From NCBI GenBank assembly GCA_023388435.1, contig JAEWGG010000033.1, forward strand, positions 29,623-93,622: a stretch of DNA of 64,000 bases. Reading direction: 5' to 3'. Shown in pieces: positions 17,321 through 26,901 of the stretch. The notes beneath the pieces were generated by a model. That model was not told where the DNA came from and searched no databases. It saw only the letters and a program-made list of their open reading frames with translations. Numbering within the stretch: position 1 is the first letter of the stretch; every line of letters starts with the position of its first letter. The translations under genes and the position numbers were made by a program. The stretch comes from Bacillota bacterium. GTDB taxonomy: Bacteria > Bacillota > Clostridia > Saccharofermentanales > Fastidiosipilaceae.

Positions 17321-17608
17321 ATGGCAAGAAACTACGAGATGGTCTATGTGCTCAGCCCAGCCCTCAACGAAGAGGAGCTGCAGGCCGCCAAGGACCGCGT
17401 GGCACAGATCGTGTCCGGCGCGGCCGAGGTGAACGAAGTGCAGGATTGGGGCCGCAAGCGCCTGGCCTATGAAATCGAAGATTTCAAGGAGGGTGTCTAC
17501 GGTATGATTACGTTCGCCGCCGAGGGCAATGCCCCCGCCGAGATCGAGCGCGTGATGAACATTACCGAGCATGTCCTGCGTTTCCTGATTGTCCGTCAGG
17601 GGGCCTAA
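17321..17608 (+). CDS. rpsF: 30S ribosomal protein S6
   Basis: MARNYEMVYVLSPAL...WGRKRLAYEI is canonical S6. rpsF-ssb-rpsR synteny. Confidence 0.95.
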   Translation: MARNYEMVYVLSPALNEEELQAAKDRVAQIVSGAAEVNEVQDWGRKRLAYEIEDFKEGVYGMITFAAEGNAPAEIERVMNITEHVLRFLIVRQGA

Positions 17609-17632
17609 GGCCAATAGAGCGGAAGGTGTGTA

Positions 17633-18154
17633 ATGAATAAAGCGATTCTGATGGGGAGACTCACGCGAGATCTCGAACTGAGGAACACTCAGAGTAACAT
17701 TCCCTTTTGCCAGTTTACCCTGGCTGTGGATCGGCGCTTCAAGAACGCCCAGGGCGAGCGACAGACGGACTTCATCGACTGCATCGCCTGGCGGCAGACC
17801 GCCGAGTTCCTGACCCGCTATTTCCGACAGGGTTCCCGCCTGCTGGTCGTCGGCAGCATCCAGACCAGTTCCTGGGAGGACCAGAACGGCCAGCGCCAGT
17901 ACCGCACCAACGTCGCGGTGGACGAGGCGTACTTCGCCGATGGGAAGGCCGAGGGTGGCAGACGTGAGGGCCAGAACAGCGGCTCTAACTACGGTCAGAG
18001 CTACGGCCGCGGCGCCAGCGCAGGCGGCAGCACCTATCAGAACAACAGCCGTTCGGCGTCCCCCGCCCCCCAGCGTCCAGCCTCCGTCCCGGAGTACAAG
18101 GATGCGTTTTCGGCCGAGGCGGACGACGATATGGAACTGCCTTTCGACTTATAA
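17633..18154 (+). CDS. ssb: single-stranded DNA-binding protein
   Basis: MNKAILMGRLTRDLELR OB-fold N-terminus, Gly/Ser/Gln-rich linker and an acidic tip ...ADDDMELPFDL. Confidence 0.95.
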   Translation: MNKAILMGRLTRDLELRNTQSNIPFCQFTLAVDRRFKNAQGERQTDFIDCIAWRQTAEFLTRYFRQGSRLLVVGSIQTSSWEDQNGQRQYRTNVAVDEAYFADGKAEGGRREGQNSGSNYGQSYGRGASAGGSTYQNNSRSASPAPQRPASVPEYKDAFSAEADDDMELPFDL

Positions 18155-18179
18155 GTCTGCATAACTAAGGAGAACTACT

Positions 18180-18458
18180 ATGGCTGAACATGAGAATGGA
18201 GGCAAGCGCTTCCAGGAGCGCGAGGGTGGTCGTCCGATGAGACCCCGTCGCAGCCGCCGCAAGGTCTGTGCCTTCTGTGCGGAGAAGGTTGAGTATATTG
18301 ACTATAAGGATGTGAACCGTCTGAAGAAGTACGTTTCGGAGCAGGGCAAGATCCTGCCCAAGCGCATGACGGGCACCTGTGCCAAGCACCAGCGTGAGCT
18401 GACCCAGGCCATCAAGCGCGCCAGACACCTGGCCCTGATGCCCTTCAGCGGTGAGTGA
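18180..18458 (+). CDS. rpsR: 30S ribosomal protein S18
   Basis: [47 protein letters not shown] is canonical S18. Confidence 0.95.
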   Translation: MAEHENGGKRFQEREGGRPMRPRRSRRKVCAFCAEKVEYIDYKDVNRLKKYVSEQGKILPKRMTGTCAKHQRELTQAIKRARHLALMPFSGE

Positions 18459-18486
18459 GCTTAGGTTTTTGTCCTAGCCAGGAATG

Positions 18487-18525
18487 GAGGCTCGGGGTCC
18501 AGAGGGGCGCTGAGCCTCTTTTTTT
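18487..18525 (+). terminator. rho-independent terminator after rpsR
   Basis: GAGGCTC...GAGCCTC stem followed by TTTTTTT. Confidence 0.8.
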
Positions 18526-18633
18526 ATGTTGAGGGAGGGGCTTTTATTTTGAATAGGGAATATGTGAGAAATGTTTATTTTGGAGCACATTAGAGTAAAG
18601 GCTAAAATTTTCTGAAACTAATCACATGCGCTG

Positions 18634-18663
18634 TTGACAACTGTTTTAGTGCTCGAGTAAGAT
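18634..18663 (+). promoter_or_regulatory. sigma-70-type promoter in an AT-rich island
   Basis: TTGACA (18634-18639), 18-nt spacer, TAAGAT (18658-18663). Confidence 0.55.
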
Positions 18664-18696
18664 GTGGCTAAGTGATATGGAAAGGTGATTCTTATT

Positions 18697-18789
18697 GTGA
18701 AGAATCTAAAAAGACGAGTTGCTTCAATCCTTGCATTCCTTGGTTTTTTCAGTTTTGCAATGGTGCCAAGTACAGCACGAGGGAAGTGA
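18697..18789 (+). CDS. candidate 30-aa small ORF, signal-peptide-like (MKNLKRRVASILAFLGFFSFAMVPSTARGK)
   Basis: GTG start ~8 nt after GGAAAGGTGA. Basic N-terminus plus a hydrophobic core. Stop lies 10 nt before the next gene. Below the ORF-track size cut-off, so found by reading the sequence. Could equally be the relic 5' end of a lost secreted-protein gene. Confidence 0.3.
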   Translation: MKNLKRRVASILAFLGFFSFAMVPSTARGK

Positions 18790-18799
18790 GGTGACTATC

Positions 18800-19147
18800 A
18801 TGCCCTTTATTCAAGCACATTTCGATCAGCTTTACAGCTTGAACCTGATCATCGGGGCCCTGGCCTTCCTGGGGAGTCTGGCCTTCTTCACTTTTTTTCT
18901 GAATACGGAGCCTGGGACGAAGCGGCGGAGCCTGGCCATGACAGGCAGTCTGAGCCTCTCGGCCCTGGCCATTGTCCTCGGTATCAGCTTTCTGGCCTTT
19001 ATGCGGGAGAATGCCAAGACTCAGCCAGATGTGGCCGACTTCATGGCCTCTGGCAGCTTTTATGGCATGGCTGCACTGGCCTTTATCCTGATGGCGGCGG
19101 TCTTCGTCCTGACGCTAATTCGGGGCCTGAGGAGCAGGGCTCAGTAG
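18800..19147 (+). CDS. small hypothetical integral membrane protein (115 aa, ~4 hydrophobic segments)
   Basis: ATG 18800 preceded by GAGGTG. Hydrophobic segments LIIGALAFLGSLAFFTFFL, LSLSALAIVLGISFLAF and GMAALAFILMAAVFVLTLI. No family recognised. Confidence 0.55.
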   Translation: MPFIQAHFDQLYSLNLIIGALAFLGSLAFFTFFLNTEPGTKRRSLAMTGSLSLSALAIVLGISFLAFMRENAKTQPDVADFMASGSFYGMAALAFILMAAVFVLTLIRGLRSRAQ

Positions 19148-19203
19148 CTTCCCCAATAAGAACTGTGGGTCTCGAAGCGGAGGCCCCGTGGCTCGGCCAC
19201 TCG

Positions 19204-19241
19204 CCCCGAGCGCTGGGAGAATACTTAGCCAGCGCTCGGGG
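19204..19241 (+). terminator. 13-bp stem hairpin after the membrane protein gene
   Basis: CCCCGAGCGCTGG-loop-CCAGCGCTCGGGG followed by CTTTGTC (weak U tract). Confidence 0.5.
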
Positions 19242-19375
19242 CTTTGTCTATAATTTTTTCAGCTCTGCTGTTATGATTAAAGGAAGCAGTTCGGGTGCCT
19301 AGGCAGTCTGGCTGCGCGTACGCTCTGTGACTGTGGCCTTCGTTGTTGGAGGCCTTTGTAAAAAGGAGATATGAG

Positions 19376-19822
19376 ATGAAGGTTATTCTGCTTGAAGATG
19401 TGAAGTCTGTCGGTAAGACCGACGCCATTGTTGAGGTCAGCGATGGCTATGCCCGCAATTTTCTGATTAAGACGGGCAAGGCCCTGGAGGCTACGCCACA
19501 GAATCTCAATTCGGTCAAGCAGCGCCGCAAGGCCCAGGAGGCCAAGGAGGCTCGCGCCCAGGCCGAAGCTCGGGAACTGGCTCAGAAACTTAAGGACTAC
19601 TGCCTGGTCCTCCGCGCTAAGGCCGGGGAAGGCTCGCGTCTCTACGGGGCCATCACAACGATGGATCTGTCCCAGGCCCTGGAAAAAGAGGGTTACCACG
19701 TGGATAAGAAGCAGATTCAGCTCAAGACTACGATCAAGAGCCTCGGCCGCTACGAGGCAGAGCTGAAACTGCACCGTACGGTCTCCGTAAGCATCGCAGT
19801 CGAGGTCCAGGCCCAGGACTGA
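19376..19822 (+). CDS. rplI: 50S ribosomal protein L9
   Basis: [31 protein letters not shown] is canonical L9. AAGGAG SD. Followed by dnaB as in many bacteria. Confidence 0.95.
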   Translation: MKVILLEDVKSVGKTDAIVEVSDGYARNFLIKTGKALEATPQNLNSVKQRRKAQEAKEARAQAEARELAQKLKDYCLVLRAKAGEGSRLYGAITTMDLSQALEKEGYHVDKKQIQLKTTIKSLGRYEAELKLHRTVSVSIAVEVQAQD

Positions 19823-19914
19823 GTCCGGCTTGATGGCCAAGCCCCGCTGATTTTCAGGCCTCCGCCCCGTGCGGGGGTCTCTTTGACGCAAGAGAAAGAA
19901 GAAAGGGAAGAGAC

Positions 19915-21474
19915 GTGCCCCCAATGCTGGATATGCCCCACAGCAGCGACATGGAGCGCTGCGTCATCGGCTGTGCCCTCTTCGGTGAGGAAGCCCTGGC
20001 TCAGGTCCTGTCCATTCTGCCTGACAGTTCCTATTTCTATGAGCCCCGGCACCGCGATATCTACGCCGCCGTCTGCGATCTGAATCGCCGCAACCTGCCC
20101 GTGGACAGCGTCAGCCTGGCCGCCAATTTACAGGAGCGGGGCAAGCTGGACCAGGTCGGGGGGCTGGCGGAGTTGCTCAGCATGCGCGAGGGGGTGCCCC
20201 TGGTCAGCAGGGCGGAGTATTATGCCAAGGTGGTCTATGAGAAGGCTCTGATGCGCCGCATCATTGGGCTCAGCCGCGCCTGGACTGAGCTCTGCTACGA
20301 GGAGGGGCAGAACTCCGAGTCGATTATTGCCCTCGCCACCAAGGAGCTCTACGACCTCAGTCAGGACCGCCAACAGGGTTCGCTCGAGCGCATTGATTCC
20401 ATCATGCGCCGGACCATCAATGAGCTCAGCGAGCTGGCCCGGGATGAGAATCCCCAGCGCAAGCGCCTCATGACGGGCTACGCCAATCTGGATCACACCC
20501 TGGGGGGCTTCGGCAAGGGAACGCTGAATATTCTCGCCGCCCGCCCAGGTGTGGGCAAGTCGGCCTTCGCCCTGAACATCGCCCAGAACGCCGCTTTCCT
20601 GTACAACAAGTCCGTGGCCATCTTCAGCCTCGAGATGTCCAAGGAGGAGATCGCCCAGCGCTTCCTGGCCTCGGCTGGTAAATTAAACGCCAGACTTTTC
20701 CGCAATTTTGCCAAAATGGATGACAAGGAGCTGGAACGCCTGACGCGGGCGGCGGGTAGCTTCGCGCAGAAGCACATCTACGTTGACGACATCGCTTCGA
20801 CCTCGCCCATGGAGGTGCTGGCCCGCTCCCGCCAGAAAAAACTTGAGGGGCATCTGGATCTCATCATTATCGACTACTTACAGTTGATGACGATGAAGGG
20901 GGGGCGCTCCAGCAGCCGCCAGCAGGAAGTTTCGGAGCTTTCCCGCTTCCTCAAATTGCTCGCAAAGGACCTGGACGTCCCTGTTCTCGCCTTATCTCAG
21001 CTTAACCGTGACATGGAAAAACGCCAGGAGGGCAGTAGCGAAGTCCGCCCCCCGCAGCTCTCGGACCTCCGCGAGTCCGGTTCGATCGAGCAGGACGCCG
21101 ATACCGTCATTTTTCTCTACCGTAAGGAGAGCGAGGAGAAGGAGGCGGCCGATGAGGAGCAGGGCAAGAAGATTGCCGTAAAAATCGCGAAAAACCGCGG
21201 CGGCCCGATGCGGACCTTTGATTTTATTTTCCACGGCGCCCACTACTGGTTTGAGGAGCCTCGCAGCCGCTATGAGAAGTCCTATGGCCTGCCCCCGCAG
21301 GAGGTCCTGGATGAGATGAGTCAGAATCTGCCGCCCGCGGCCAGTAACGGAGGACAGCTGGAGGGCCTCCAGGAGTCCCCAGATCTGGGATACATGGAGG
21401 AGCCCGCTGGCGGGGATGGGGGCGCTGCAGATGACTACGACTTCGATCAGGGGGACATCCCTTTTGAACTCTGA
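19915..21474 (+). CDS. dnaB: replicative DNA helicase DnaB with ~75-aa acidic C-terminal extension
   Basis: PHSSDMERCVIGCAL N-terminal domain, Walker A ARPGVGKSAFAL, IIIDYLQLM, LSQLNR, RESGSIEQDADTV and AKNRGGP. Start uncertain (GTG 19915, ATG 19924 or 19933). Confidence 0.9.
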   Translation: MPPMLDMPHSSDMERCVIGCALFGEEALAQVLSILPDSSYFYEPRHRDIYAAVCDLNRRNLPVDSVSLAANLQERGKLDQVGGLAELLSMREGVPLVSRAEYYAKVVYEKALMRRIIGLSRAWTELCYEEGQNSESIIALATKELYDLSQDRQQGSLERIDSIMRRTINELSELARDENPQRKRLMTGYANLDHTLGGFGKGTLNILAARPGVGKSAFALNIAQNAAFLYNKSVAIFSLEMSKEEIAQRFLASAGKLNARLFRNFAKMDDKELERLTRAAGSFAQKHIYVDDIASTSPMEVLARSRQKKLEGHLDLIIIDYLQLMTMKGGRSSSRQQEVSELSRFLKLLAKDLDVPVLALSQLNRDMEKRQEGSSEVRPPQLSDLRESGSIEQDADTVIFLYRKESEEKEAADEEQGKKIAVKIAKNRGGPMRTFDFIFHGAHYWFEEPRSRYEKSYGLPPQEVLDEMSQNLPPAASNGGQLEGLQESPDLGYMEEPAGGDGGAADDYDFDQGDIPFEL

Positions 21475-22822
21475 GGCTGAGCGGCTGCTGCTGGAGCTGG
21501 GGCTGGAAGCAGGGCTCCTGTCCGGGCTTCGTGCGGGGCCGCAGGGGGAGGCGGTCCGCCATGTCGGCCTGGCCTGCTCTGGCGGTCTGGACTCCTCGGT
21601 GCTTCTGGACCTCCTGCCCTATTGGCGGAGGCACTTTCCCTGTGCCCAGTTTTATTACTTGCACTTCAGTCACGGCTGGGAGCCTGAGCGAACTGCCCAG
21701 GAAGTGGAGTTCTGTCGGCGTCAGGCCAGGAGCTACGGTCTGACGCCCATTCTGGGCTCCTGGGAGGAGCTCGATCCGGGGCTGAGACCCGCGGACAGTC
21801 TGGGGGAGACGCGGGCCAGGGAGAGTAGGCGACTTTTTTTTGCCCAGTGGCTGGCTGGGCTGGAGGCGCCGGACCAGGGCTTAATTCTCCTGGCCCAGCA
21901 CGCGGACGACCAGGCTGAAACCCTCCTGCAGCGCCTGTTCAGGGGGACGGGGCCGCGTGGTGCTGGCTGCATGCGCAGTTGGTCCCCCCCATTTCTACGG
22001 CCGTTTTTAGACCTGGAGCGGGCGGACCTGGAGGCCTATGCCCGGCGGCGAGAGCTGAAGCTCTGGCTGGATCCGAGCAATGGGCGGGCGGATAACCCCC
22101 GCAATTTTTTGCGCCTCGAGGTCCTGCCGCAGTTGGAGGCCCGTTTCGGCTCCGGACTCAGCCGGCGTCTGGCCCAATTCGCCCAGTTCTGTCAGGAACA
22201 GGAGGATTTTTGCCAGGACCAGTTGGAGCTATGGCGGGAGGCCTGGAATGAGGGCTGCGGCCGGGGGCCCGGGCCGCGTCTGATTCCCCGGGCCCTGTAC
22301 CTGAGCTGCCCAGTTTATGTGCGCCGGAGGCTCCTCATGGAGACCCTGGACGGGCTTCTAGGCGGGGAAGGGGAGCTTACGGCGACCCATGTGTCCCAGC
22401 TCTGCCAGGCCCTGGACAGGGGGACCAAATCTGACTTTCTCACGGTGGGCGGCCTGCGGGCCTGTGTCTCCCAGGGGAGCCTGCGCCTCTGGCCTGCAGG
22501 TCCCCTGCCCACAGGGGACCTGGAGCTGGCAGAGGGCCGGCGCTACTGTCTGGGATGTCCGTCGGGGCCGTTTGTTATCCCCCCACACTTGGGCTATAAT
22601 TTCATGCAGTGGAAAACGCTTTATAAGGGCGAAATTCGCTCTGGCGGCCTCCGGCTGCGCCAGACAGGTGACTATCTGTACTGGCGGGGGAGGAGGCGCT
22701 CCCTCAAACAGTTCTTGCAGGAGCAAGGCGTACCCTTTGAACTGCGCTCCCGCCTCCTCCTCTATGCCGAGGGGCAGCGGGTCTTGTACATCCCCCATCT
22801 TTTTGCGGATGTGGGGAACTGA
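21416..22822 (+). CDS. tilS: tRNA(Ile)-lysidine synthase TilS
   Basis: PP-loop GLACSGGLDSSVLLDLL. Conserved tilS-hpt-ftsH order. Start uncertain (ATG 21416 or 21431 overlap the dnaB tail; TTG 21464 also possible). Confidence 0.8.
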   Translation: MGALQMTTTSIRGTSLLNSEAERLLLELGLEAGLLSGLRAGPQGEAVRHVGLACSGGLDSSVLLDLLPYWRRHFPCAQFYYLHFSHGWEPERTAQEVEFCRRQARSYGLTPILGSWEELDPGLRPADSLGETRARESRRLFFAQWLAGLEAPDQGLILLAQHADDQAETLLQRLFRGTGPRGAGCMRSWSPPFLRPFLDLERADLEAYARRRELKLWLDPSNGRADNPRNFLRLEVLPQLEARFGSGLSRRLAQFAQFCQEQEDFCQDQLELWREAWNEGCGRGPGPRLIPRALYLSCPVYVRRRLLMETLDGLLGGEGELTATHVSQLCQALDRGTKSDFLTVGGLRACVSQGSLRLWPAGPLPTGDLELAEGRRYCLGCPSGPFVIPPHLGYNFMQWKTLYKGEIRSGGLRLRQTGDYLYWRGRRRSLKQFLQEQGVPFELRSRLLLYAEGQRVLYIPHLFADVGN

Positions 22823-22834
22823 ATCGAGGTACCT

Positions 22835-23368
22835 ATGGCCAAGAAACTGAGCCGAACACTGATCAGCCGTGTGGAATGCGAGGAGCTCTGCCGCCGACTG
22901 GGGGCGGAGATCACCCGTGACTATCAGGGCCGCAAGCCCCTGTTTATTGGGGTCCTGCGCGGGGCCTTCATTTTTATGGCCGACCTGATCCGCCATGTGG
23001 ACCTGGATCTGAGTGTGGACTTCATCTCCGTGTCGAGCTACGGTATGGCAACGGAGAGCTCGGGTGTCGTGCGCATCGTCAAGGACGTCGAGGAGAATAT
23101 CGAGGGCCGGGACATCATTATTGTTGAGGATATCATCGACACTGGCCTGACTCTGAAGAAGCTGACCGAGCTTCTGGCGACGCGCGGGCCGCGGAGCATC
23201 GCCCTCTGTACGGCCTTCGATAAGCCCGAGCGCCGTCAGGTGGAGATCGATGTGCGGTACTGTGGACGCCAGATTCCGGACGAGTTTATCGTGGGCTACG
23301 GCCTGGACTATGCGGGGGCATACCGCAACCTGCCTGATGTCCGTGTAGTGGAGGAGATTGAAGCATGA
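22835..23368 (+). CDS. hpt: hypoxanthine phosphoribosyltransferase
   Basis: PRPP-binding motif [14 protein letters not shown] and the C-terminal [13 protein letters not shown] typical of Hpt. Confidence 0.9.
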   Translation: MAKKLSRTLISRVECEELCRRLGAEITRDYQGRKPLFIGVLRGAFIFMADLIRHVDLDLSVDFISVSSYGMATESSGVVRIVKDVEENIEGRDIIIVEDIIDTGLTLKKLTELLATRGPRSIALCTAFDKPERRQVEIDVRYCGRQIPDEFIVGYGLDYAGAYRNLPDVRVVEEIEA

Positions 23369-25527
23369 AGAATAACGGGAAAATCCCGCTTAAAGGCCTC
23401 TGGTTCTATCTGATTGTGCTGGGGCTGATCATTTTTGTCGCCGCCTTCTTCAGCCAGGGCCGGGGACAGGAGAAGCTGAGCTATTCGGAGGTCCTGCGCC
23501 TGGTCGAGTCCGGCAAGGTCAAGGGGGCCAGCATCCAGGGTGGCCAGCTGCGTGTGGTCTTTAAAGAAGAGCAGAAAAACGGCCTGCGCCAGTATGAGCT
23601 GCCCATTAACCCCTACTGGCAGGAGGACCTGCAGAAGCGGCTGAGCGCGGTGGCGGAGAAGGATAAGGACTTCAACTACAGCTACCAGGAGCCGATGCAG
23701 GTCAGCGCCTGGATTAACGGTGGTATCAGCCTCGCCATGCTGCTGTCCATGGGCTTCTTGATCTGGTTCATGCTGGCGCGTCAGAATGGCGATGGGCGCA
23801 GCGCGATGAACTTCGGCCGCAGCCGGGCCCGCATGAGTGAGCCCGGGGCGAATAAGGTGACCTTCAAGGATGTGGCGGGGGCTGAGGAGGAGAAGCACGA
23901 GCTCGAGGAGGTCGTGGACTTCTTAAAGAACCCTGGCCGCTATGAGGTCCTGGGGGCCCGCATCCCCCGCGGCATACTTCTCGTCGGTCCTCCGGGTACC
24001 GGTAAGACTCTGCTGGCTAAAGCTGTGGCTGGGGAGGCGGGCGTGCCCTTCTTCTCCATCTCCGGTTCCGACTTCGTGGAGATGTTTGTCGGTGTGGGCG
24101 CCTCACGCGTGCGAGACCTCTTTGAGCAGGCCAAGAAGAACGCTCCAGCCATTATTTTCATCGATGAGATTGACGCTGTGGGGCGGCACCGTGGAGCCGG
24201 TATGGGCGGCGGCCACGATGAGCGGGAGCAGACCCTGAACCAGCTCCTGGTGGAGATGGACGGCTTCGGTCCGAACGAGGCGGCCATCGTTATGGCGGCG
24301 ACCAATCGCCCTGATATTCTGGACCCGGCCCTCCTCCGTCCGGGGCGCTTCGACCGCCGTGTGACCGTCTCACGCCCAGATATCAAGGGCCGTGAGGAGA
24401 TCCTGGCCGTCCACGCCCGCAACAAGCCTCTGGACCAGGACGTCAAATTGGATGAGGTGGCCCGTATCACCCCGGGCTTCACGGGTGCGGACCTGGCCAA
24501 CCTGCTCAATGAGGCGGCGCTGATGGCGGCCCGCCGCCAGGCGAAGACCATCCGTTATGCGGACATTTCCGAGGCGGTGTTTAAAGTGATGCTGGGCCCT
24601 GAGAAGAAGAGCCGCATCATCAATGAGAAGGAGCGCCGGCTCACGGCCTATCACGAGGCGGGCCACGCCCTGGCTGTACGCAGCGTCTCAGAGACGGACC
24701 GCGTGGAGCGCGTATCCATCATCCCGGCCGGACAGGCTGGTGGTTACACGGCCCACAAGTCCCATGAAGATCTGATGTATATGACGCGGGGACAGCTGGT
24801 CGCGGAGATTGTGATCAGCCTGGCTGGGCGGGCCGCCGAGGAGATCATCTTCGGCGAGGTCAGCACGGGGGCCTCGGGCGACTTGCAGCACTGCAATAAG
24901 ATTGCCCGTAGCATGATCACCCGCTACGGCATGTCAGAGCGTCTCGGGAACATGGTCCTCGGGGGAGAGGATGACGAGGTCTTCCTGGGCCGCGAATACG
25001 GACACCGCACGGTCTACAGTGAGAAGCTGAGTGCGGAGATTGATGAGGAAGTCCGCAAGATTCTCTCCGAAGCCTACCAGGCCACTCTGGACCTGCTACG
25101 AGCCCGAGAAGAGGCCCTGGAGGCCCTGACCCAGTGCCTCCTGGCCCATGAGAAAATTGATGAATTGGAGTTTGAACTGCTCTATCAGCGCCATACTACG
25201 GCGGAACTGCGTGAGCAGGACGCCCAGAACCCAGGGCGTGACCAGTCCTATGTTGGCCTCCTGCAGAAGTTGGAGCTGGCGGGGGCTGAGTCTGCCGCCA
25301 AGCTGCGACAGCGCCTGGCGGACATGGGCCTGCTGGACTTTGCCCAGAGCGAGCAGCAGCGCCTCGGCTTGCCGGTCGCGGAGCGGGAAGTCCAGGAGGC
25401 TGCTGAGCCGCTGAATCTTGCGGCAGGGGAGGCCAATCAGCTTGTGGAGGACTTGGAAGCGAAGCTCCAGGAAGCAGATGCTGAGAAGCCCCAGACGTCC
25501 AGGTCTGAGGAGCATGACCAGGCCTGA
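23365..25527 (+). CDS. ftsH: ATP-dependent zinc metalloprotease FtsH
   Basis: Two N-terminal TM segments, AAA Walker [12 protein letters not shown], Walker [33 protein letters not shown] and zinc site HEAGHAL. ~100-aa low-complexity C-terminal tail. Confidence 0.95.
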   Translation: MKNNGKIPLKGLWFYLIVLGLIIFVAAFFSQGRGQEKLSYSEVLRLVESGKVKGASIQGGQLRVVFKEEQKNGLRQYELPINPYWQEDLQKRLSAVAEKDKDFNYSYQEPMQVSAWINGGISLAMLLSMGFLIWFMLARQNGDGRSAMNFGRSRARMSEPGANKVTFKDVAGAEEEKHELEEVVDFLKNPGRYEVLGARIPRGILLVGPPGTGKTLLAKAVAGEAGVPFFSISGSDFVEMFVGVGASRVRDLFEQAKKNAPAIIFIDEIDAVGRHRGAGMGGGHDEREQTLNQLLVEMDGFGPNEAAIVMAATNRPDILDPALLRPGRFDRRVTVSRPDIKGREEILAVHARNKPLDQDVKLDEVARITPGFTGADLANLLNEAALMAARRQAKTIRYADISEAVFKVMLGPEKKSRIINEKERRLTAYHEAGHALAVRSVSETDRVERVSIIPAGQAGGYTAHKSHEDLMYMTRGQLVAEIVISLAGRAAEEIIFGEVSTGASGDLQHCNKIARSMITRYGMSERLGNMVLGGEDDEVFLGREYGHRTVYSEKLSAEIDEEVRKILSEAYQATLDLLRAREEALEALTQCLLAHEKIDELEFELLYQRHTTAELREQDAQNPGRDQSYVGLLQKLELAGAESAAKLRQRLADMGLLDFAQSEQQRLGLPVAEREVQEAAEPLNLAAGEANQLVEDLEAKLQEADAEKPQTSRSEEHDQA

Positions 25528-25559
25528 GCCAGGCTGCTCTAAGCCTTTGTCACGTTAAT

Positions 25560-25608
25560 GGGCCTCCAGTGAAGTCAGGACTCTGACTTTACTGGGGGCC
25601 CATTTTTT
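25560..25608 (+). terminator. rho-independent terminator after ftsH
   Basis: 19-bp imperfect stem GGGCCTCCAGTGAAGTCAG / CTGACTTTACTGGGGGCCC followed by ATTTTTT. Confidence 0.8.
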
Positions 25609-25619
25609 GCAACAGCCAC

Positions 25620-25650
25620 TTGACCTGAACTTAGGTTTAGGTTTTAAGCT
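25620..25650 (+). promoter_or_regulatory. MerR-type promoter (19-nt spacer with imperfect palindrome)
   Basis: TTGACC (25620-25625), 19-nt spacer, TAAGCT (25645-25650). ACCTGAACTT/AGGTTTAGGT (25623-25642) is an 8/10 inverted repeat spanning the spacer. Confidence 0.4.
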
Positions 25651-25706
25651 GGACATGCTACAGATTTTTACGTGAAGGCGGGAGCCTGAACTTAGGAGGA
25701 GATGCT

Positions 25707-26211
25707 ATGTCGACACTGGAACTTAGTCCAAACTGGGATAAAACCTTCCTCCGTAACAGGGAAATTCAGCATGAAAAGATTGCATTTCCCACCCGCTTCG
25801 GCACGACCTTAGCGGCGGATCTCTAGCGTCCCCATGGTGGATCCGGAGAAAATTGGCATTCTGGGCATCTGTGGCTGGGCTGACATTGGCCTGAATGCCG
25901 CGGCGGTCGATCCCCGTATTAAGGCGACTGTCGCAGTGACCTTATATGATATGACGCGGGTGACGGCTTTTGGCTACAACGATACTGCCACGGAAGAGGA
26001 CAGGCATAAGTTGCGGGCCCAGCTGGCAGCCCAGCGCCTGACAGATATCAGGCAGGGATTTATCGCCCGTGCAGGCGGCGTTGTGGACCCCCTGCCTGAG
26101 GCAGCCCCGGATAGCTGCTTTGCCCATATTGCCATTGAAGTGCCTGGTCGAGGCGCATCCAACGAATGCTGCGAGGCGGTCTCAGAAGCAGAATATGGGA
26201 AATTGACGTGA
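25707..26211 (+). pseudogene. decayed alpha/beta hydrolase (dienelactone-hydrolase-like) gene
   Basis: A 39-codon ORF with good SD (MSTLELSPNWDKTFLRNREIQHEKIAFPTRFGTTLAADL*) stops at TAG 25824-25826. The ORF 25834-26211 in another frame continues with VDPEKIGILGICGWADIGLNAAAVDPRIKATVAVTLYDMTRV. In intact relatives this lies ~90 aa further downstream, which implies an internal deletion plus frameshift. The nucleophile-elbow region looks degenerate. Confidence 0.6.
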
Positions 26212-26277
26212 GGAGCTGGCTTGCAAAGAGCCCCCCTGCACTGTAGCGGGAGAGCCTGGACCAAGGCCAGGCCAGAC

Positions 26278-26901
26278 TCAGGACTTCTCCTGGGCCTCGC
26301 GCTCCAGGCTGCTGCGGAGCTGCTGGTAGTAGACGGAGGCCCGTTCCGCCCAGACCGCGCTCAGTCTTCTGGCCTCTGCCTCATTCCTGCAGGGGAGGCG
26401 TAGATCCAGGCCGCAGTGTTCCGCTGCTGCGTCGCTGCTGTCAACGCCCGCTCTCTCGAGGCCCTGGCTGTGCAGATAGAGGTAGGGGGAAGCTGGGCCC
26501 GAATGAAAGTGGGTCCAGACCTGGGGACTGCCACTTCCGCCTGCCTGTGTACTGGTCTGTCTCCAGTTTTCTACGGCACGGATGACGCTCTGACGGAGGG
26601 GGAGGGGGATGTCTGCTTCAAGGATCTCCAGGACCCGCCGTCCCTGGGGCAGGAAGTGACAACGCTCAGTGCCCGCCTTTCCCGGAACGGACTCCGCGTT
26701 CTCTGCGGGTTCCAGGCTGATACAGCCCTGGTCCAGAAGGGACTCCCGCACGAGGGTGTACTGGAAGTAGTCGGTATAGAGTAGTTGGAGGGCCACCTGC
26801 ATGAGCTGGCTCTCCTCCGCCCCCTCCATCTGCTTGAGAAGATAGAGAAAAATTAATTTTTGTTCCAATTTTGGCGACTGCCAGTCCGCATCTTGTCTCA
26901 T
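26278..26901 (-). CDS. DUF4364-like protein (putative winged-helix/PadR-like N-terminus)
   Basis: N-terminus KLEQKLIFLYLLKQMEGAEESQLMQVALQLLYTDYFQYTLVRESLLDQGCISL resembles Firmicute DUF4364 proteins as I remember them. GAGGAAGGG SD upstream of ATG. Confidence 0.5.
   Translation of the reverse strand: MRQDADWQSPKLEQKLIFLYLLKQMEGAEESQLMQVALQLLYTDYFQYTLVRESLLDQGCISLEPAENAESVPGKAGTERCHFLPQGRRVLEILEADIPLPLRQSVIRAVENWRQTSTQAGGSGSPQVWTHFHSGPASPYLYLHSQGLERAGVDSSDAAAEHCGLDLRLPCRNEAEARRLSAVWAERASVYYQQLRSSLEREAQEKS

Noticed and set aside
25834-26211. 125-aa ORF as an intact small hydrolase gene
   Set aside because: It starts in the middle of the alpha/beta-hydrolase fold and has no SD. The matching N-terminal piece lies upstream in another frame behind a stop. 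It is better explained as a pseudogene.
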